Part shown: piece by piece, positions 54,235-64,000 of the stretch
Layout of the letters: each line of letters starts with the position of its first letter
Numbering within the stretch: the first letter of the stretch is position 1
Source: an uncultured Candidatus Binatia bacterium
GTDB lineage: Bacteria; Desulfobacterota; Binatia; UBA9968; JAJDTQ01
Length of the DNA stretch: 64,000 nucleotides
Reading direction: 5' to 3'
Assembly: GCA_965204235.1 (NCBI GenBank)
Contig: OZ241979.1
Span: 2,744,907-2,808,906 of the forward strand
Translations under genes and position numbers: made by a program
Notes under the pieces: generated by a model
Database searches by the model: none
What the model saw: only the letters and a program-made list of their open reading frames with translations
What the model was told of the DNA's origin: nothing

Positions 54235-56063
54235 CACCGGGGTTCGTTTGCTGCGGCCGCCATGAAACGCGGAGTTCGTGATCGGTCTCCCAGAATCAAC
54301 GCCTGGATTTCGTCAAGGTCTTCTCCGAACGCTTTCGCGGGCGCCTCGTAGTAGCGCCAGCAACTGAACGTCGAAACCCGCTCGACGTCTGACGCTTCGC
54401 GCGCTTGGCGGAGGAAGTCGAGCGCCGCCCGCATATCGCCGGTCGCCCAGTGGGCGACCGCCATGCACTGAAGATAGTTCGCGTCGTCACGTTCCCGATG
54501 CGACCGGTCCAGTTCGACGACTCGCGCAAACGGCTCTGCAACGACTTCCCCGGTCGCTCCCCATGTGGCCATCCCGAAGTTGAAAGCGTCGCCGATGTCC
54601 ATGTCCTCGACGTCACGCCCCCCGCGGCCAAGCAGTTCGGCCGCGTCGGAGGATTTGCCGGCTCCAAGGTAACGCAACGCGAGCACGCTTCTCGTCGATG
54701 CACGTCTTTCCGGCGACAGTCCCTGGTCTTCGACCATCGGCTCCAGAACGGAGGCAGCGACTTCGACTTCCCTCGGGGATCCTTGAAGTTCATGTGCAAG
54801 CCAGATGCGCTCTGCGGCGTCCAGCGACGTGACCGCCATCGACTGCGCGACGTCCCCGGTTTCACCAGACAGCGCCAACCGCACCGCCTCCCTGACCAGC
54901 GGCGGAGGCAGGCTGTCTGCCTGCAGGACCTGCCATGCGTCGTCGCAGGCGGCGGTCTCATCATGGTCATCGGCGCGCAGACGGGCCCGTTCCAGATACA
55001 CTTCCGGCTCGTCGCACCCGGCCTCGATCGCCCGGTCGAACAGCGACGCAGCACGATCCAGCCGTCGGTCGTGTTCGTAGAACATCCCCAGGTTGAACAG
55101 CACCTCTCCATCGTCCGGATGCGCGTCCTCGATTTTCTGGAGCTTGTTGACCATTTCTTCCGGAGATTCATGTATCCGCGGCCGGCGCCATTGGTGGCTC
55201 GCCTGCCGGATGTAGTCCAGCGCTCCGTCGCGATCCTCAAGGTTGCGTGCGACGATTTCGCGAACGACATCGTGGTATTCCTTGGCGAGGCGGCTTTTCG
55301 GACGATCCTTCGTGAACACCACCTGGTTCAGCAGCGACAGGCTGTCGTACCGGTGCACGACCGCCGGCTCCCGCGTGAAGCCAAGCCGCTGCCGGAAAGC
55401 GTCGATCTTGTCTCCGAGGATCCTGTCCTCGTCGTCCAGATCCGGTACGTTGGACATCACGAAATGAAGCTCGATCTCCTTCTTGCGCGGTCCGCCGGTT
55501 TCGGATCGAATGTCCTGAACGACCTTGTGGAGCCCCTGCAGGTTCTGTTCGTTGGGAAAGAACAGGATCGCTACCGCATCGGGAAGCTGCCGGGTACAGA
55601 TGCCGCCGGTGTCGGTGTATCCGGTACGTGAATCGATCAAAACGTAGTCCGGCTCGAGGACGCGTTTCCATTGCTCCCTGATGTCCTCGAACAACAGATA
55701 GCCATCGTGCCGGTCGTACAGTTCGCCCCAGTCGATCCGACCGAGGTTCGTCGCGTACATCGACTGCCGCGCGCCGGACGGCATGACCCACAGCCTGCCG
55801 TCGCCGACGCCGGGCGCTTCGCCGATGAATTCCTCGATCGCCGGGGCGCGCCTGGAGTCGAGGTACTCGAGGACGAACTCGATGATTCCCGGAATCTTCT
55901 TTCGGGGACGCAGGACGTCGAAGGTATCCAGTCCGGGCGCCTCCAGATCGAAATCGACCGCGAGGACGCGGCGGCCTCTGGTCGCGAGATCTACCGCCGC
56001 GTTCACCAGCGCCATCGTCCGCCCGACGCCACCCTTGAACGAGTAGAAGGTAGTGACGTACAT
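54231..56063 (-). CDS. ParA/MinD-like ATPase with KGGVGRT deviant Walker A fused to a ~330-aa TPR-like helical repeat domain
   Basis: FYSFKGGVGRTMALVN...VLAVDFDLEAPGL...VLIDSRTG. The C-terminal half is helical repeats (LFNLGMFYEHDRRLDRAASLFDRAIEAG...). Confidence 0.8.
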   Translation of the reverse strand: MYVTTFYSFKGGVGRTMALVNAAVDLATRGRRVLAVDFDLEAPGLDTFDVLRPRKKIPGIIEFVLEYLDSRRAPAIEEFIGEAPGVGDGRLWVMPSGARQSMYATNLGRIDWGELYDRHDGYLLFEDIREQWKRVLEPDYVLIDSRTGYTDTGGICTRQLPDAVAILFFPNEQNLQGLHKVVQDIRSETGGPRKKEIELHFVMSNVPDLDDEDRILGDKIDAFRQRLGFTREPAVVHRYDSLSLLNQVVFTKDRPKSRLAKEYHDVVREIVARNLEDRDGALDYIRQASHQWRRPRIHESPEEMVNKLQKIEDAHPDDGEVLFNLGMFYEHDRRLDRAASLFDRAIEAGCDEPEVYLERARLRADDHDETAACDDAWQVLQADSLPPPLVREAVRLALSGETGDVAQSMAVTSLDAAERIWLAHELQGSPREVEVAASVLEPMVEDQGLSPERRASTRSVLALRYLGAGKSSDAAELLGRGGRDVEDMDIGDAFNFGMATWGATGEVVAEPFARVVELDRSHRERDDANYLQCMAVAHWATGDMRAALDFLRQAREASDVERVSTFSCWRYYEAPAKAFGEDLDEIQALILGDRSRTPRFMAAAANEPRC

Positions 56064-56067
56064 CCCG

Positions 56068-56628
56068 TCAACCGGCCAACCGCAAGTCGAAGCGCTCCTG
56101 TGCCCGCCGTATCTCGTCCGACACCTCCAGCACCCGGAATCGACCCTCGCCGATACCCGGGGCCGCCGGCGTCCGCCGTTTGGCCGCCACGAAACTCAGG
56201 AGCCTTTGCATGTTCTCCGGCCGCGCCAGCAGTCGAAGGTACCGATCGTTTGCGTGCGTCTGGACGGTGAGACCGTTTTCCCAACGGTTCAGCGACGCCT
56301 CGCCGATGCCCGTGACGTGGGCGAACCTCGCACGGGTCATCCGATGGCCGATTCTGACGCGCCGGATTTCGTCAGGGGACAGGACGCCTAGGTGCCTGCA
56401 GATCGCCTGGTGTTCCAGGCTCTCGCCGACGTGGTCGAGGTACTCGAATTCGCAGGCGCCGCAACGCCGCACCGGCAGGTCCACCGTCAACTCGACGGCG
56501 TCCTCTCCTGCGCCGTAGTTGAATGAATGACGGTGCGAGAGTGTCGTGATTCCGTCCCCGCCGCACTGCGGACACGTGAGTCTGCTGCCGGTCACGGGCT
56601 GCAACCGGGGTGAGCGTCGTGATTTCAT
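56068..56628 (-). CDS. mqsA: MqsA-family antitoxin-like protein (Zn ribbon plus XRE HTH)
   Basis: CPQCGG...CGACEFEY zinc ribbon followed by SPDEIRRVR...TRARFAHVTGIGEASLNRWENG. GGGAG SD lies upstream of ATG 56628. Confidence 0.75.
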   Translation of the reverse strand: MKSRRSPRLQPVTGSRLTCPQCGGDGITTLSHRHSFNYGAGEDAVELTVDLPVRRCGACEFEYLDHVGESLEHQAICRHLGVLSPDEIRRVRIGHRMTRARFAHVTGIGEASLNRWENGLTVQTHANDRYLRLLARPENMQRLLSFVAAKRRTPAAPGIGEGRFRVLEVSDEIRRAQERFDLRLAG

Positions 56629-56642
56629 GCGTGGGCTCCCTG

Positions 56643-56999
56643 CTAGTCTTCCGGCCTGGAGTAGTGAAAGCTGCGTCCGATGATCCGTCCAGACCCGAGT
56701 TGCAGCTTGATGTAGATCGGCGGCTGCCCATCCTCGACGTCTATCTCCATGACGTAACCGGTGGCGCCAGGCGGTTGGCGCAATGTGATGACCTCTACCG
56801 GGTGTCCGCTTTCCAGATGCGACGCGATGAACTCCCAAGCCGTTGTCTTCGTGAAGTAAAGATCGAGCGTTCCCGCCGGATTGCGAACCTCTTGAGGCCG
56901 CCAGTCGGTCGGCCGGTTCGGGCTGAACTCGTCGCTGCGGGCGCGGCTTCGGCGTGCGAGAACAACCAGTTGACGCCTGATCGACTCGTCGATGCTCAC
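56643..56999 (-). CDS. MqsR-like toxin candidate (toxin-first gene order)
   Basis: 118 aa. The C-terminal IYIKLQLGSGRIIGRSFH resembles the MqsR YLKITV....LIVSFK end. It sits 14 nt upstream of the MqsA-like gene. Confidence 0.5.
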   Translation of the reverse strand: MSIDESIRRQLVVLARRSRARSDEFSPNRPTDWRPQEVRNPAGTLDLYFTKTTAWEFIASHLESGHPVEVITLRQPPGATGYVMEIDVEDGQPPIYIKLQLGSGRIIGRSFHYSRPED

Positions 57000-57044
57000 G
57001 GAATTTGCCGATCCCTGCGCGCCAGCAAACCCTTATAGTAATAG

Positions 57045-57054
57045 ATCATATGAT
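57045..57054. promoter_or_regulatory. Perfect palindrome ATCATATGAT in an AT-rich tract ~45 nt upstream of the toxin start (candidate operator)
   Basis: Read directly. Only a positional argument supports it. Confidence 0.3.
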
Positions 57055-57330
57055 TCAATAGCCTCCGTGTCAAGACCGGAAATAAACCATCTGGTCTTTT
57101 GATCGACTGCTCCCTTCACTCCGTTGCCCTGGTTTGCCGCAATGGGCCTCGCGTATAGGGGCTAGCCAACTGCTCATCCTGAATCTACCACATTAGGTCT
57201 TCGTCTCCTCCCTGCCTTCCTCTCTGGTCGATGGTGGATTTGGGACCTGTCCACCGCTTTACACGGACGGGGCCGGTGTGCTAGAACCGGGTGAGAAACC
57301 AGAGGAAAAGGGAGAAAGCAAAGGGTACAG

Positions 57331-57600
57331 ATGGAATCAGCTCGGGAGCAGACCAGCGAGACGATCAGGAATTTCAGACTCCACGACACCGACACCGGTT
57401 CGCCTGAGGTGCAGGTCGCCATCCACAGCCGCCGCATCGCTTACCTGACAGAGCATCTGAGGACTCACAGGAAGGACCATCACACGCGGATGGGCCTGCT
57501 CAAGCTCGTCGGAAAGAGGCGCCGGCTTCTCGATTATCTCAAGAAGAGGGACGTTCAGAGGTACCAGACTCTGATCCAGCGGCTGGGCATCCGCAGATAG
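57331..57600 (+). CDS. rpsO: 30S ribosomal protein S15
   Basis: [31 protein letters not shown]. Confidence 0.97.
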   Translation: MESAREQTSETIRNFRLHDTDTGSPEVQVAIHSRRIAYLTEHLRTHRKDHHTRMGLLKLVGKRRRLLDYLKKRDVQRYQTLIQRLGIRR

Positions 57601-57669
57601 CGGCCCTGCCTCCGGCTCCCCCTTCCCGCGCTCTTCTCTTCAGCCCCCACTGCCCTCGAGGGTACAACC

Positions 57670-59772
57670 ATGCACACGAAGATCGAGTTGGATTATTGCG
57701 GCCGCCCCCTGTGCGTCGATCTGGGCAAGGTCGCCAAGCAGGCCGACGGCGCCGCCCTGGTCCGTTTCGGCGAGACCGTCGTCCTCGCAACCGCGGTGGC
57801 CTCGAAAGAGGTCCGGGAAGAGATCGACTTCTTCCCGCTGACCGTCGATTACCAGGAAAAGACGTTCGCCGCAGGCCGGATCCCGGGCGGGTTCTTCAAA
57901 CGGGAGGGACGGCCGTCGGAGAAGGAAATCCTGACGTGCCGCCTGATCGACCGCTCCATTCGCCCGCTGTTCGCGGGCGGGCTCAAGGCCGAGACCCAGG
58001 TCATCGTCACCGTGCTCTCCGCGGACGGGGAGAACGACACGGACGTGGTGGCCATGCTCGCGGCGTCGTTGGCGCTGGAAGTGTCCGACATTCCTTTCCA
58101 AGGCCCTCTGGCGGGCGTCCGGGTGGGCAGGATCGACGGCGCGTGGGTCATGAACCCGCTTCTGGCCGAGGTTCCCCGGAGCGACGTCAACATCTTCCTC
58201 TCGGGCACCCGGGACGGCCTCGTGATGGTGGAGGGCGGCGCCGCGGTGGTGCCGGAGGAGGGGGTGCTGGACGCGCTGTTCCAAGGGCACCAGGCGATCC
58301 AGCCGCTCATCGACCTGCAGGAGAACCTCAAGTCGCAGCTTGGCAAGCCCAAGCGGGCCGCGCCCCAGGAGGAGAAGGACGAGGCGCTGAGGGCGCGGGT
58401 CCGGGAACTCGCCGAGGAGAAGCTCGGGGAGGCGGTGCGCATCGCGGACAAGAAGCAGCGCAACGCCCGCATTGACGAGGTCGGGGTCGAGGCGCTCACC
58501 GCGGGCGCGGAGGAGTTCCCCGGGCGCGAACGGGAGGTCAAGGGGGCTTTCAGGGAGATCGAGAAGTTGCAGCTTCGGGACCTGGTGCTGCGTCAGCGCA
58601 AGCGCATCGACGGACGCGGGCTCAAGGACGTGCGTCCCATCACCTGCGAGGTCAACCTGCTGCCCCGGGCCCACGGCTCGGCCCTGTTCACTCGCGGCGA
58701 GACCCAGGCCCTGGTGGTTTCCACCCTCGGCACCGCCGCAGACGTGCAGCGCATCGACGCGCTCAACGGCGAGCAGCACAAGAAGTTCATGCTGCACTAC
58801 AACTTCCCGCCCTTCAGCACCGGAGAGGTCAAGTTCCTCCGGGGTCCGGGCCGCCGGGAGATCGGCCACGGCGCCCTGGCCGAGCGGGCGCTGACGCCGG
58901 TGCTGCCCGACGCGGATGCGTTCCCCTACACCCTGCGCGTGGTCTCCGAGATCCTGGAGTCCAACGGCTCCAGCTCCATGGCCAGCGTGTGCGGCGGCTC
59001 CCTGTCCCTCATGGACGCGGGCGTGCCCACCAGGGCGCCGGTGGCGGGCATCGCCATGGGCCTCATCAAGGACGGCGACGAGGTGCGGGTGCTCACGGAC
59101 ATACTCGGGGACGAGGACCACCTGGGCGACATGGACTTCAAGGTGGCCGGCACCCGTGAAGGGATCACCGCGCTGCAGATGGACATCAAGATCAGCGGCG
59201 TGGACCGCGAGATCATGCAGGAAGCCCTCTACCAGGCCCGTGAGGGGCGGCTGCACATCCTCGACGTCATGGACCGGACCCTGTCGGAGACGCGCAAGGA
59301 GGTCTCCCGCCACGCGCCCCGGATCACTACCCTGAAGGTGCGGCCGGACAAGATCCGCGACATCATCGGACCCGGAGGCAAGGTAATCCGGGGCATCGTC
59401 GATGCCACCGGCACGAAGATCGACGTGCAGGACGACGGCACCGTGACGGTGGCGTCCACCGACGAGGCGGGCAGCAGGAAGGCCATCGACATGATCCAGG
59501 GGATCGTGGCGGAAGTGGAGGTCGGCCGGATCTACAAGGGGACGGTGCGGCGCGTGATGGACTTCGGCGCGTTCGTGGAGATCCTTCCCGGCACCGACGG
59601 ACTGGTCCATATCTCGCAGATCGCCGACGACCACGTGCGCCAGGTGAGGGACGTGCTGAACGAGGGCGACGAGTTGATGGTGAAGGTCCTGGACGTGGAC
59701 CGGCAGGGCAAGATCCGGCTCAGCCGCAAGGAGGCCCTGAAGGAGCAGCAGCAGTCCTCCAGGCAGGCATAG
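57670..59772 (+). CDS. pnp: Polyribonucleotide nucleotidyltransferase (PNPase)
   Basis: Two RNase PH domains plus KH and S1 domains (GDMDFKVAGT, YKGTVRRVMDFGAFVEILPG). Confidence 0.97.
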   Translation: MHTKIELDYCGRPLCVDLGKVAKQADGAALVRFGETVVLATAVASKEVREEIDFFPLTVDYQEKTFAAGRIPGGFFKREGRPSEKEILTCRLIDRSIRPLFAGGLKAETQVIVTVLSADGENDTDVVAMLAASLALEVSDIPFQGPLAGVRVGRIDGAWVMNPLLAEVPRSDVNIFLSGTRDGLVMVEGGAAVVPEEGVLDALFQGHQAIQPLIDLQENLKSQLGKPKRAAPQEEKDEALRARVRELAEEKLGEAVRIADKKQRNARIDEVGVEALTAGAEEFPGREREVKGAFREIEKLQLRDLVLRQRKRIDGRGLKDVRPITCEVNLLPRAHGSALFTRGETQALVVSTLGTAADVQRIDALNGEQHKKFMLHYNFPPFSTGEVKFLRGPGRREIGHGALAERALTPVLPDADAFPYTLRVVSEILESNGSSSMASVCGGSLSLMDAGVPTRAPVAGIAMGLIKDGDEVRVLTDILGDEDHLGDMDFKVAGTREGITALQMDIKISGVDREIMQEALYQAREGRLHILDVMDRTLSETRKEVSRHAPRITTLKVRPDKIRDIIGPGGKVIRGIVDATGTKIDVQDDGTVTVASTDEAGSRKAIDMIQGIVAEVEVGRIYKGTVRRVMDFGAFVEILPGTDGLVHISQIADDHVRQVRDVLNEGDELMVKVLDVDRQGKIRLSRKEALKEQQQSSRQA

Positions 59773-59781
59773 CGGCCCGCG

Positions 59782-61074
59782 ATGTTCGAGAAGACCCTTC
59801 TGGACAACGGCGTCCGGATCCTGACGGAGCAGCGGTCCGGCACCCGGGCCGTGAGCCTCGGCATCTGGGTGGAGAACGGCTCCCGTCACGAGCGCCGCCC
59901 GCAGGGGGGACTCTCGCACTTCGTCGAGCACCTGCTCTTCAAGGGAACGAAGAGGCGCAGCGCGCAACGGATCGCCCAGGAGATGGACTCGGTGGGCGGC
60001 GTCCTCAACGCCTTTACCGGCAAGGAATCCACCTGCTACTACGCGAAGGTGCTGGACGAGCACCTGCCGCTGGCCATCGACCTGCTCACGGACATCTTCC
60101 TCCACTCCGAGTTCGACCGCGACGAGATCGAGCGCGAGCGCACGGTGGTCCTCCAGGAGATCGCGTCCGCGGACGAGAACCCCGAGGACTACGTACACGA
60201 CCTGTTCAGCCTCGACTATTTCGGAGATCATCCCCTGGGCCGGCCGGTTTGCGGCGAGGCGGACACGGTCACCGGGTTCACCCGGGACGCCCTGGTCCGG
60301 TTCGTGGCCGAGCGCTACCTCCCGGGCCGGGTCATCATCGCCGGAGCGGGCAACCTGTCCCATGCGGAACTCGTGGACGCGGTGGCCGGCGAGTTCGGCG
60401 CCATGCCCCCGGGTCCGTTGGAGGACGCCGACGCGGCCCCGGAGAGCCTCCCGGGCCTGTCCCTCCACCCGAGGAAGCTGGGACAGGTGCACGTCTGTAT
60501 GGGGGCGCCGGGACTGCCCCACGCGGACCGCCGGCAATACGCGGCGCACGTGCTGAACACGCTCCTGGGCGGGGGCATGAGCTCGCGCCTCTTCCAGGAG
60601 GTGCGCGAGCGGCGCGGCAAGGCGTACTCGGTCTATTCCTTCCTGTCGTCCTACCGGGACGCGGGCTATCTCGGCGTTTACGTGGGCACCAGGGCGGAAT
60701 GGACGCGGGAGGTCATGGAGGTCGCGGTCGCGGAGATGTTCAAGGTGGCCGAAGGCGGGGTGACCGAGGAAGAGCTTGCCCGCGCCCGGGACCAGCTCGT
60801 GGGGAACACCCTGCTGGGCCTGGAGTCCGCGGATTCCTGGATGAGCCACGTGGCCCGGAGCGAGATGCACCACGGCAGGCAGGTGACGCTGGACGAGATC
60901 GTCCGGGGAGTGCGCGAGGTGTCCCTCGACTCCCTCACCGCCCTGGCCGGTGAGATGGTCCGGGCCGACGCCTTCACCGCCACCCTGCTGGGCGACCTGG
61001 AAGGACACGAGGTGGAGGGGTTGCGGTTCCGCGGGGCCGCGGCGCAGGGTGCGGCTGCCGGGTCCAGCCCCTGA
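59782..61074 (+). CDS. M16-family (pitrilysin-like) zinc peptidase
   Basis: [11 protein letters not shown] inverted zincin motif (HxxEH). Confidence 0.9.
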   Translation: MFEKTLLDNGVRILTEQRSGTRAVSLGIWVENGSRHERRPQGGLSHFVEHLLFKGTKRRSAQRIAQEMDSVGGVLNAFTGKESTCYYAKVLDEHLPLAIDLLTDIFLHSEFDRDEIERERTVVLQEIASADENPEDYVHDLFSLDYFGDHPLGRPVCGEADTVTGFTRDALVRFVAERYLPGRVIIAGAGNLSHAELVDAVAGEFGAMPPGPLEDADAAPESLPGLSLHPRKLGQVHVCMGAPGLPHADRRQYAAHVLNTLLGGGMSSRLFQEVRERRGKAYSVYSFLSSYRDAGYLGVYVGTRAEWTREVMEVAVAEMFKVAEGGVTEEELARARDQLVGNTLLGLESADSWMSHVARSEMHHGRQVTLDEIVRGVREVSLDSLTALAGEMVRADAFTATLLGDLEGHEVEGLRFRGAAAQGAAAGSSP

Positions 61075-61123
61075 CGACGCCCCTCGCTTCGGGAGAGCTG
61101 GCGGAAACTCCGGCGAGGACCTC

Positions 61124-61609
61124 ATGGCGGAGGTCAAGGTCCAGATCAGGCGGGTGCGGCGCGGCAAGGACGCGGTCCCGTTGCCTCGCTACATGACCGA
61201 GGGTTCGGCGGGCCTGGACTTGGCCGCGGCGGTGGAGGACGACGTGGTGCTCGCGCCGCTGGAGCGGACGCTGATCCCCACGGGGTTCGCCCTGGCCCTG
61301 CCCGCGGGGTTCGAAGCCCAGGTGCGTCCCCGGAGCGGCTTGGCCCTGCGCCGCGGCGTGACCCTGGCCAACAGCCCCGGCACCATCGATTCGGATTACC
61401 GGGGGGAGGTCCAAGTGATGCTCGTCAACCTGGGCCGGGAGCCGGTGACCATCCGCCGCGGCGACCGGATCGCCCAGATGGTGGTGCAGCGGGTGGCCCG
61501 GGTGCGCTGGCAGGAGGTGCACGAGCTGGACGGGACCGCGCGCGAGGCGGGAGGCTTCGGCCACACGGACGCCGGAGAGGTCCCGGGCCCCGAAGACGGG
61601 TCGTCCTGA
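61124..61609 (+). CDS. dut: dUTP diphosphatase
   Basis: [21 protein letters not shown] and GGFGHT motifs. Confidence 0.95.
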   Translation: MAEVKVQIRRVRRGKDAVPLPRYMTEGSAGLDLAAAVEDDVVLAPLERTLIPTGFALALPAGFEAQVRPRSGLALRRGVTLANSPGTIDSDYRGEVQVMLVNLGREPVTIRRGDRIAQMVVQRVARVRWQEVHELDGTAREAGGFGHTDAGEVPGPEDGSS

Positions 61610-61627
61610 CCCGGGGATGCGCCAGCA

Positions 61628-62926
61628 ATGATCGACCGCTACACCCGCCCGGAGATGGCGAGGATATGGTCCGACGAGGTCCGCTTCGGGAAGTGGCTGG
61701 AGATCGAGTTGCTGGCCGCCGAAGCCCTCGCCGGCATGGGCAGGGTCCCCCGGGACGCGCCCGCGCGCATCCGGCGCAACGCCCGGATCGACGTGTCCCG
61801 GATCCGCGAGATCGAAGGCGAGGTCCACCACGAGGTCATCGCGTTCCTGCGCTGCCTGGCCGAGTCCATCGGCGACGACGCCCGTTTCGTGCACGTGGGA
61901 ATGACGTCCTCGGACGTCATGGACACGGGGTTGTCGCTGCAGCTCAAGGACGCCGGCGAGCTCCTGCTGGAGGACGTGCGCGAGCTCCTGGGGGTGCTGC
62001 GGCGGCAGGCCATGCGGTACAAGGACACGCCGATGATGGGGCGCACCCACGGGGTGCACGCGGAGCCCATCACCTTCGGCCTGAAGCTGGCCCTGTGGCA
62101 CGAGGAGATGCGCCGGAACCTGGCGCGGCTGGAGCGGGCCGCGGACGAGGTCCGTTGCGGCATCGTCTCCGGCGCGGTGGGCACGTTCGCGCAGGTTCCC
62201 CCGGAAGTCGAGGCGTACGTGTGCAAGGCCGCGGGGCTCACCCCCGACCCGGTGTCCAACCAGGTCATCCAGCGCGACCGGCACGCCTTCTTCTTCAGCG
62301 TCCTGGCCGTGCTGGCGAGCTCCATCGAGAAGTTCGCGGTGGAGATCCGCCACCTCCAGCGCACCGAGGTCCTCGAAGCCGAGGAGCCCTTCACCGAGAA
62401 GCAGATGGGGTCCTCGGCCATGCCGCACAAACGCAACCCGGTCCTGTCCGAGAACGTGTGCGGACTGGCCCGACTGGTGCGCTCCTACGCGGTCTCGGCC
62501 CTGGAGGACATCCCCCTGTGGCACGAAAGGGACATCAGCCACTCGTCGGTGGAACGGGTCATCGGCCCGGACGCCACCATCCTGGTGGACTTCATGCTGC
62601 ACCGGATCACCCACGTGATCGGGAACCTGTGCGTCTATCCCGGGAACATGGAGCGCAACCTCGCCTCGAGCGGCGGCGCGGTGTTCTCCCAGGGAGTCCT
62701 CCTTCGCCTGGTGGAAAAGGGATTGCCCCGGGACGACGCCTACGAGACCGTCCAGCGGCACGGCCTCGCGGCCGCCAGGGAGGGGGTGGACCTCAAGCGG
62801 CGGCTGCTCGAAGACCCGACGGTCATGGAGCATCTGAGCGCGGGCGAGATCGACGAGATCTGGGAACTCAAGGACTGTTTCAGGCACGTGGACGCCATTT
62901 TCGACCGGGTGTTCGCCGGGACATGA
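61628..62926 (+). CDS. purB: Adenylosuccinate lyase
   Basis: MIDRYTRPEM start, the SSAMPHKRNP signature and a fumarate-lyase fold. Confidence 0.96.
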   Translation: MIDRYTRPEMARIWSDEVRFGKWLEIELLAAEALAGMGRVPRDAPARIRRNARIDVSRIREIEGEVHHEVIAFLRCLAESIGDDARFVHVGMTSSDVMDTGLSLQLKDAGELLLEDVRELLGVLRRQAMRYKDTPMMGRTHGVHAEPITFGLKLALWHEEMRRNLARLERAADEVRCGIVSGAVGTFAQVPPEVEAYVCKAAGLTPDPVSNQVIQRDRHAFFFSVLAVLASSIEKFAVEIRHLQRTEVLEAEEPFTEKQMGSSAMPHKRNPVLSENVCGLARLVRSYAVSALEDIPLWHERDISHSSVERVIGPDATILVDFMLHRITHVIGNLCVYPGNMERNLASSGGAVFSQGVLLRLVEKGLPRDDAYETVQRHGLAAAREGVDLKRRLLEDPTVMEHLSAGEIDEIWELKDCFRHVDAIFDRVFAGT

Positions 62927-62973
62927 CCCGGCGTTCGCGCCGGACCCGACGCGCGCGTGCGCGAGGAGAAGGT

Positions 62974-63681
62974 ATGGAAAAGCTCGAACGCATCTACGAG
63001 GGCAAGGCCAAGATCCTCTACTCCACCGAGGATCCCGGCAAGATGGTCCAGTATTTCAAGGACGACGCCAGCGCCTTCAACGCCAAGAAGCTCGGCACGG
63101 TGGCGTCCAAGGGCGTGGTCAACAACGCCATCTCGGAGGTGCTGTTCCAGCACCTGGAAGCCAACGGCGTGCCGACGCATTTCCTGGAGCGCCTCGACGA
63201 GCGGGAGATGCTGGTCCACCGTCTGGACATGCTCCCCATCGAGGTCATCATAAGGAACGTCGTGGCCGGGAGCATGGCCAAGCGCCTGGGCCTGGAGGAG
63301 GGCCGGTCGCTTTCCATGCCGGTCCTGGAGTTCTGCTACAAGTGCGACCCGCTGGACGACCCCATGATCAACGACTACCACATCCTGGCCCTGGGGTACG
63401 CGTCGGAGACGGAGTTGGAGCAGGTGAAGCGTCTCACGTTCCGCATCAACGAGTTGATGACCGCGTTCTTCGACGAGCGGGACCTGATCCTGGTGGACTT
63501 CAAGCTGGAGTTCGGGCGGCGCGGCGACGAGGTGGTCCTGGCCGACGAGATCTGTCCGGACACCTGCCGTTTCTGGCAGAAGGGGTCCCTGGAGAAGATG
63601 GACAAGGACCGGTTCCGCCGGGACCTGGGCGGGGTCGAGGAGGCCTACCGGGAAGTCTGCCGCCGGGTCACCGGCGCCTAG
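62974..63681 (+). CDS. purC: SAICAR synthetase
   Basis: YEGKAKILY and LVDFKLEFG motifs. Confidence 0.95.
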   Translation: MEKLERIYEGKAKILYSTEDPGKMVQYFKDDASAFNAKKLGTVASKGVVNNAISEVLFQHLEANGVPTHFLERLDEREMLVHRLDMLPIEVIIRNVVAGSMAKRLGLEEGRSLSMPVLEFCYKCDPLDDPMINDYHILALGYASETELEQVKRLTFRINELMTAFFDERDLILVDFKLEFGRRGDEVVLADEICPDTCRFWQKGSLEKMDKDRFRRDLGGVEEAYREVCRRVTGA

Positions 63682-63731
63682 CGGGAGCCGCGCCGCGGTC
63701 GGGCGCAGCACGCCTCGCCGGAACCGGACCC

Positions 63732-63974
63732 ATGCGCGTCAGAGTCTTCGTGACCCTCAAGGAGGGAGTCCTGGACCCCCAGGGCAAGGCGGTGGAGAAC
63801 TCGCTGCACAGCCTCGGCTTCGCCTCGGTGAGCGAGGTGCGCATGGGGAAGTACCTGGAGTTGCAGGTGGACGCCGCCGGGGCGGAGGACGCCGAGCGGC
63901 AGACGCGCCGCATGTGCGAGAAGCTCTTGGCCAACCCCGTCATCGAAGACTACCGCTTCGAGGTCGCGGAATGA
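63732..63974 (+). CDS. purS: FGAM synthase subunit PurS
   Basis: V.V.LK.GVLDPQG.AV...L..LGF pattern. Confidence 0.92.
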   Translation: MRVRVFVTLKEGVLDPQGKAVENSLHSLGFASVSEVRMGKYLELQVDAAGAEDAERQTRRMCEKLLANPVIEDYRFEVAE

Positions 63975-63978
63975 CGCC

Positions 63979-64000
63979 ATGCGTTGGGGCGTAGCCGTAT
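63979..64000 (+). CDS. purQ: Probable start of purQ (FGAM synthase glutaminase subunit), 3-prime truncated by the window end
   Basis: ATG 63979 (MRWGVAV) lies 4 nt after the purS stop. The call rests on gene order only. Confidence 0.4.

Noticed and set aside
57640-61167. 1175-aa minus-strand ORF
   Set aside because: It is antisense to pnp and the M16 peptidase. It has no motifs and is a shadow ORF.

Overview
High-GC (roughly 65-70% by eye) bacterial chromosomal segment, probably from an uncultured or metagenomic lineage. No rRNA, bona fide tRNA or CRISPR array was seen. The window has two parts. (1) 44-64 kb is a conserved housekeeping block: thiE, a sigma54-type two-component pair, rimP-nusA-ylxR-infB-DUF503-rbfA-truB, then rpsO-pnp-M16 peptidase-dut-purB-purC-purS-purQ(partial). 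It is interrupted once, between truB and rpsO, by a 3-gene minus-strand cassette (MqsR-like toxin, MqsA-like antitoxin, KGGVGR ParA-like ATPase with a TPR-like tail). (2) 1-44 kb is a mosaic of metabolic genes and accessory or defence genes. The metabolic genes include gltA, aguBA, queF, dnaB, rluD, a UbiD-like decarboxylase, NfeD/SPFH, a MetE-like protein, a macro domain protein and an SDR. The accessory genes include a Type I R-M operon whose hsdMS and hsdR halves are separated by a tandem-TIR gene (split by an IS5-family element), a SLOG-like gene and a truncated AlbA_2 gene. They also include an orphan Eco57I-like MTase, a lower-GC islet with a double-GHKL kinase-like ATPase plus a receiver-domain protein next to dcm and a vsr remnant, an MmeI-like Type IIL enzyme and hicAB. 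About 15 copies of a ~110-bp MITE-like repeat sit in this part only. Their terminal inverted repeats match the ends of the IS5-family element, and they create many spurious ORF extensions (peptide signatures FVLSVAKRSRRT / KRVLRLRFATLRTNG). One gene (13854-14558) has an in-frame TGA in an FGSIT-U-PPF deiodinase-type motif followed by a SECIS-like hairpin, so it is a probable selenoprotein. Many long ORFs in the six-frame track are antisense shadow ORFs typical of high-GC DNA and were ignored. All functional calls come from motif and architecture recognition by eye. No database search was run.
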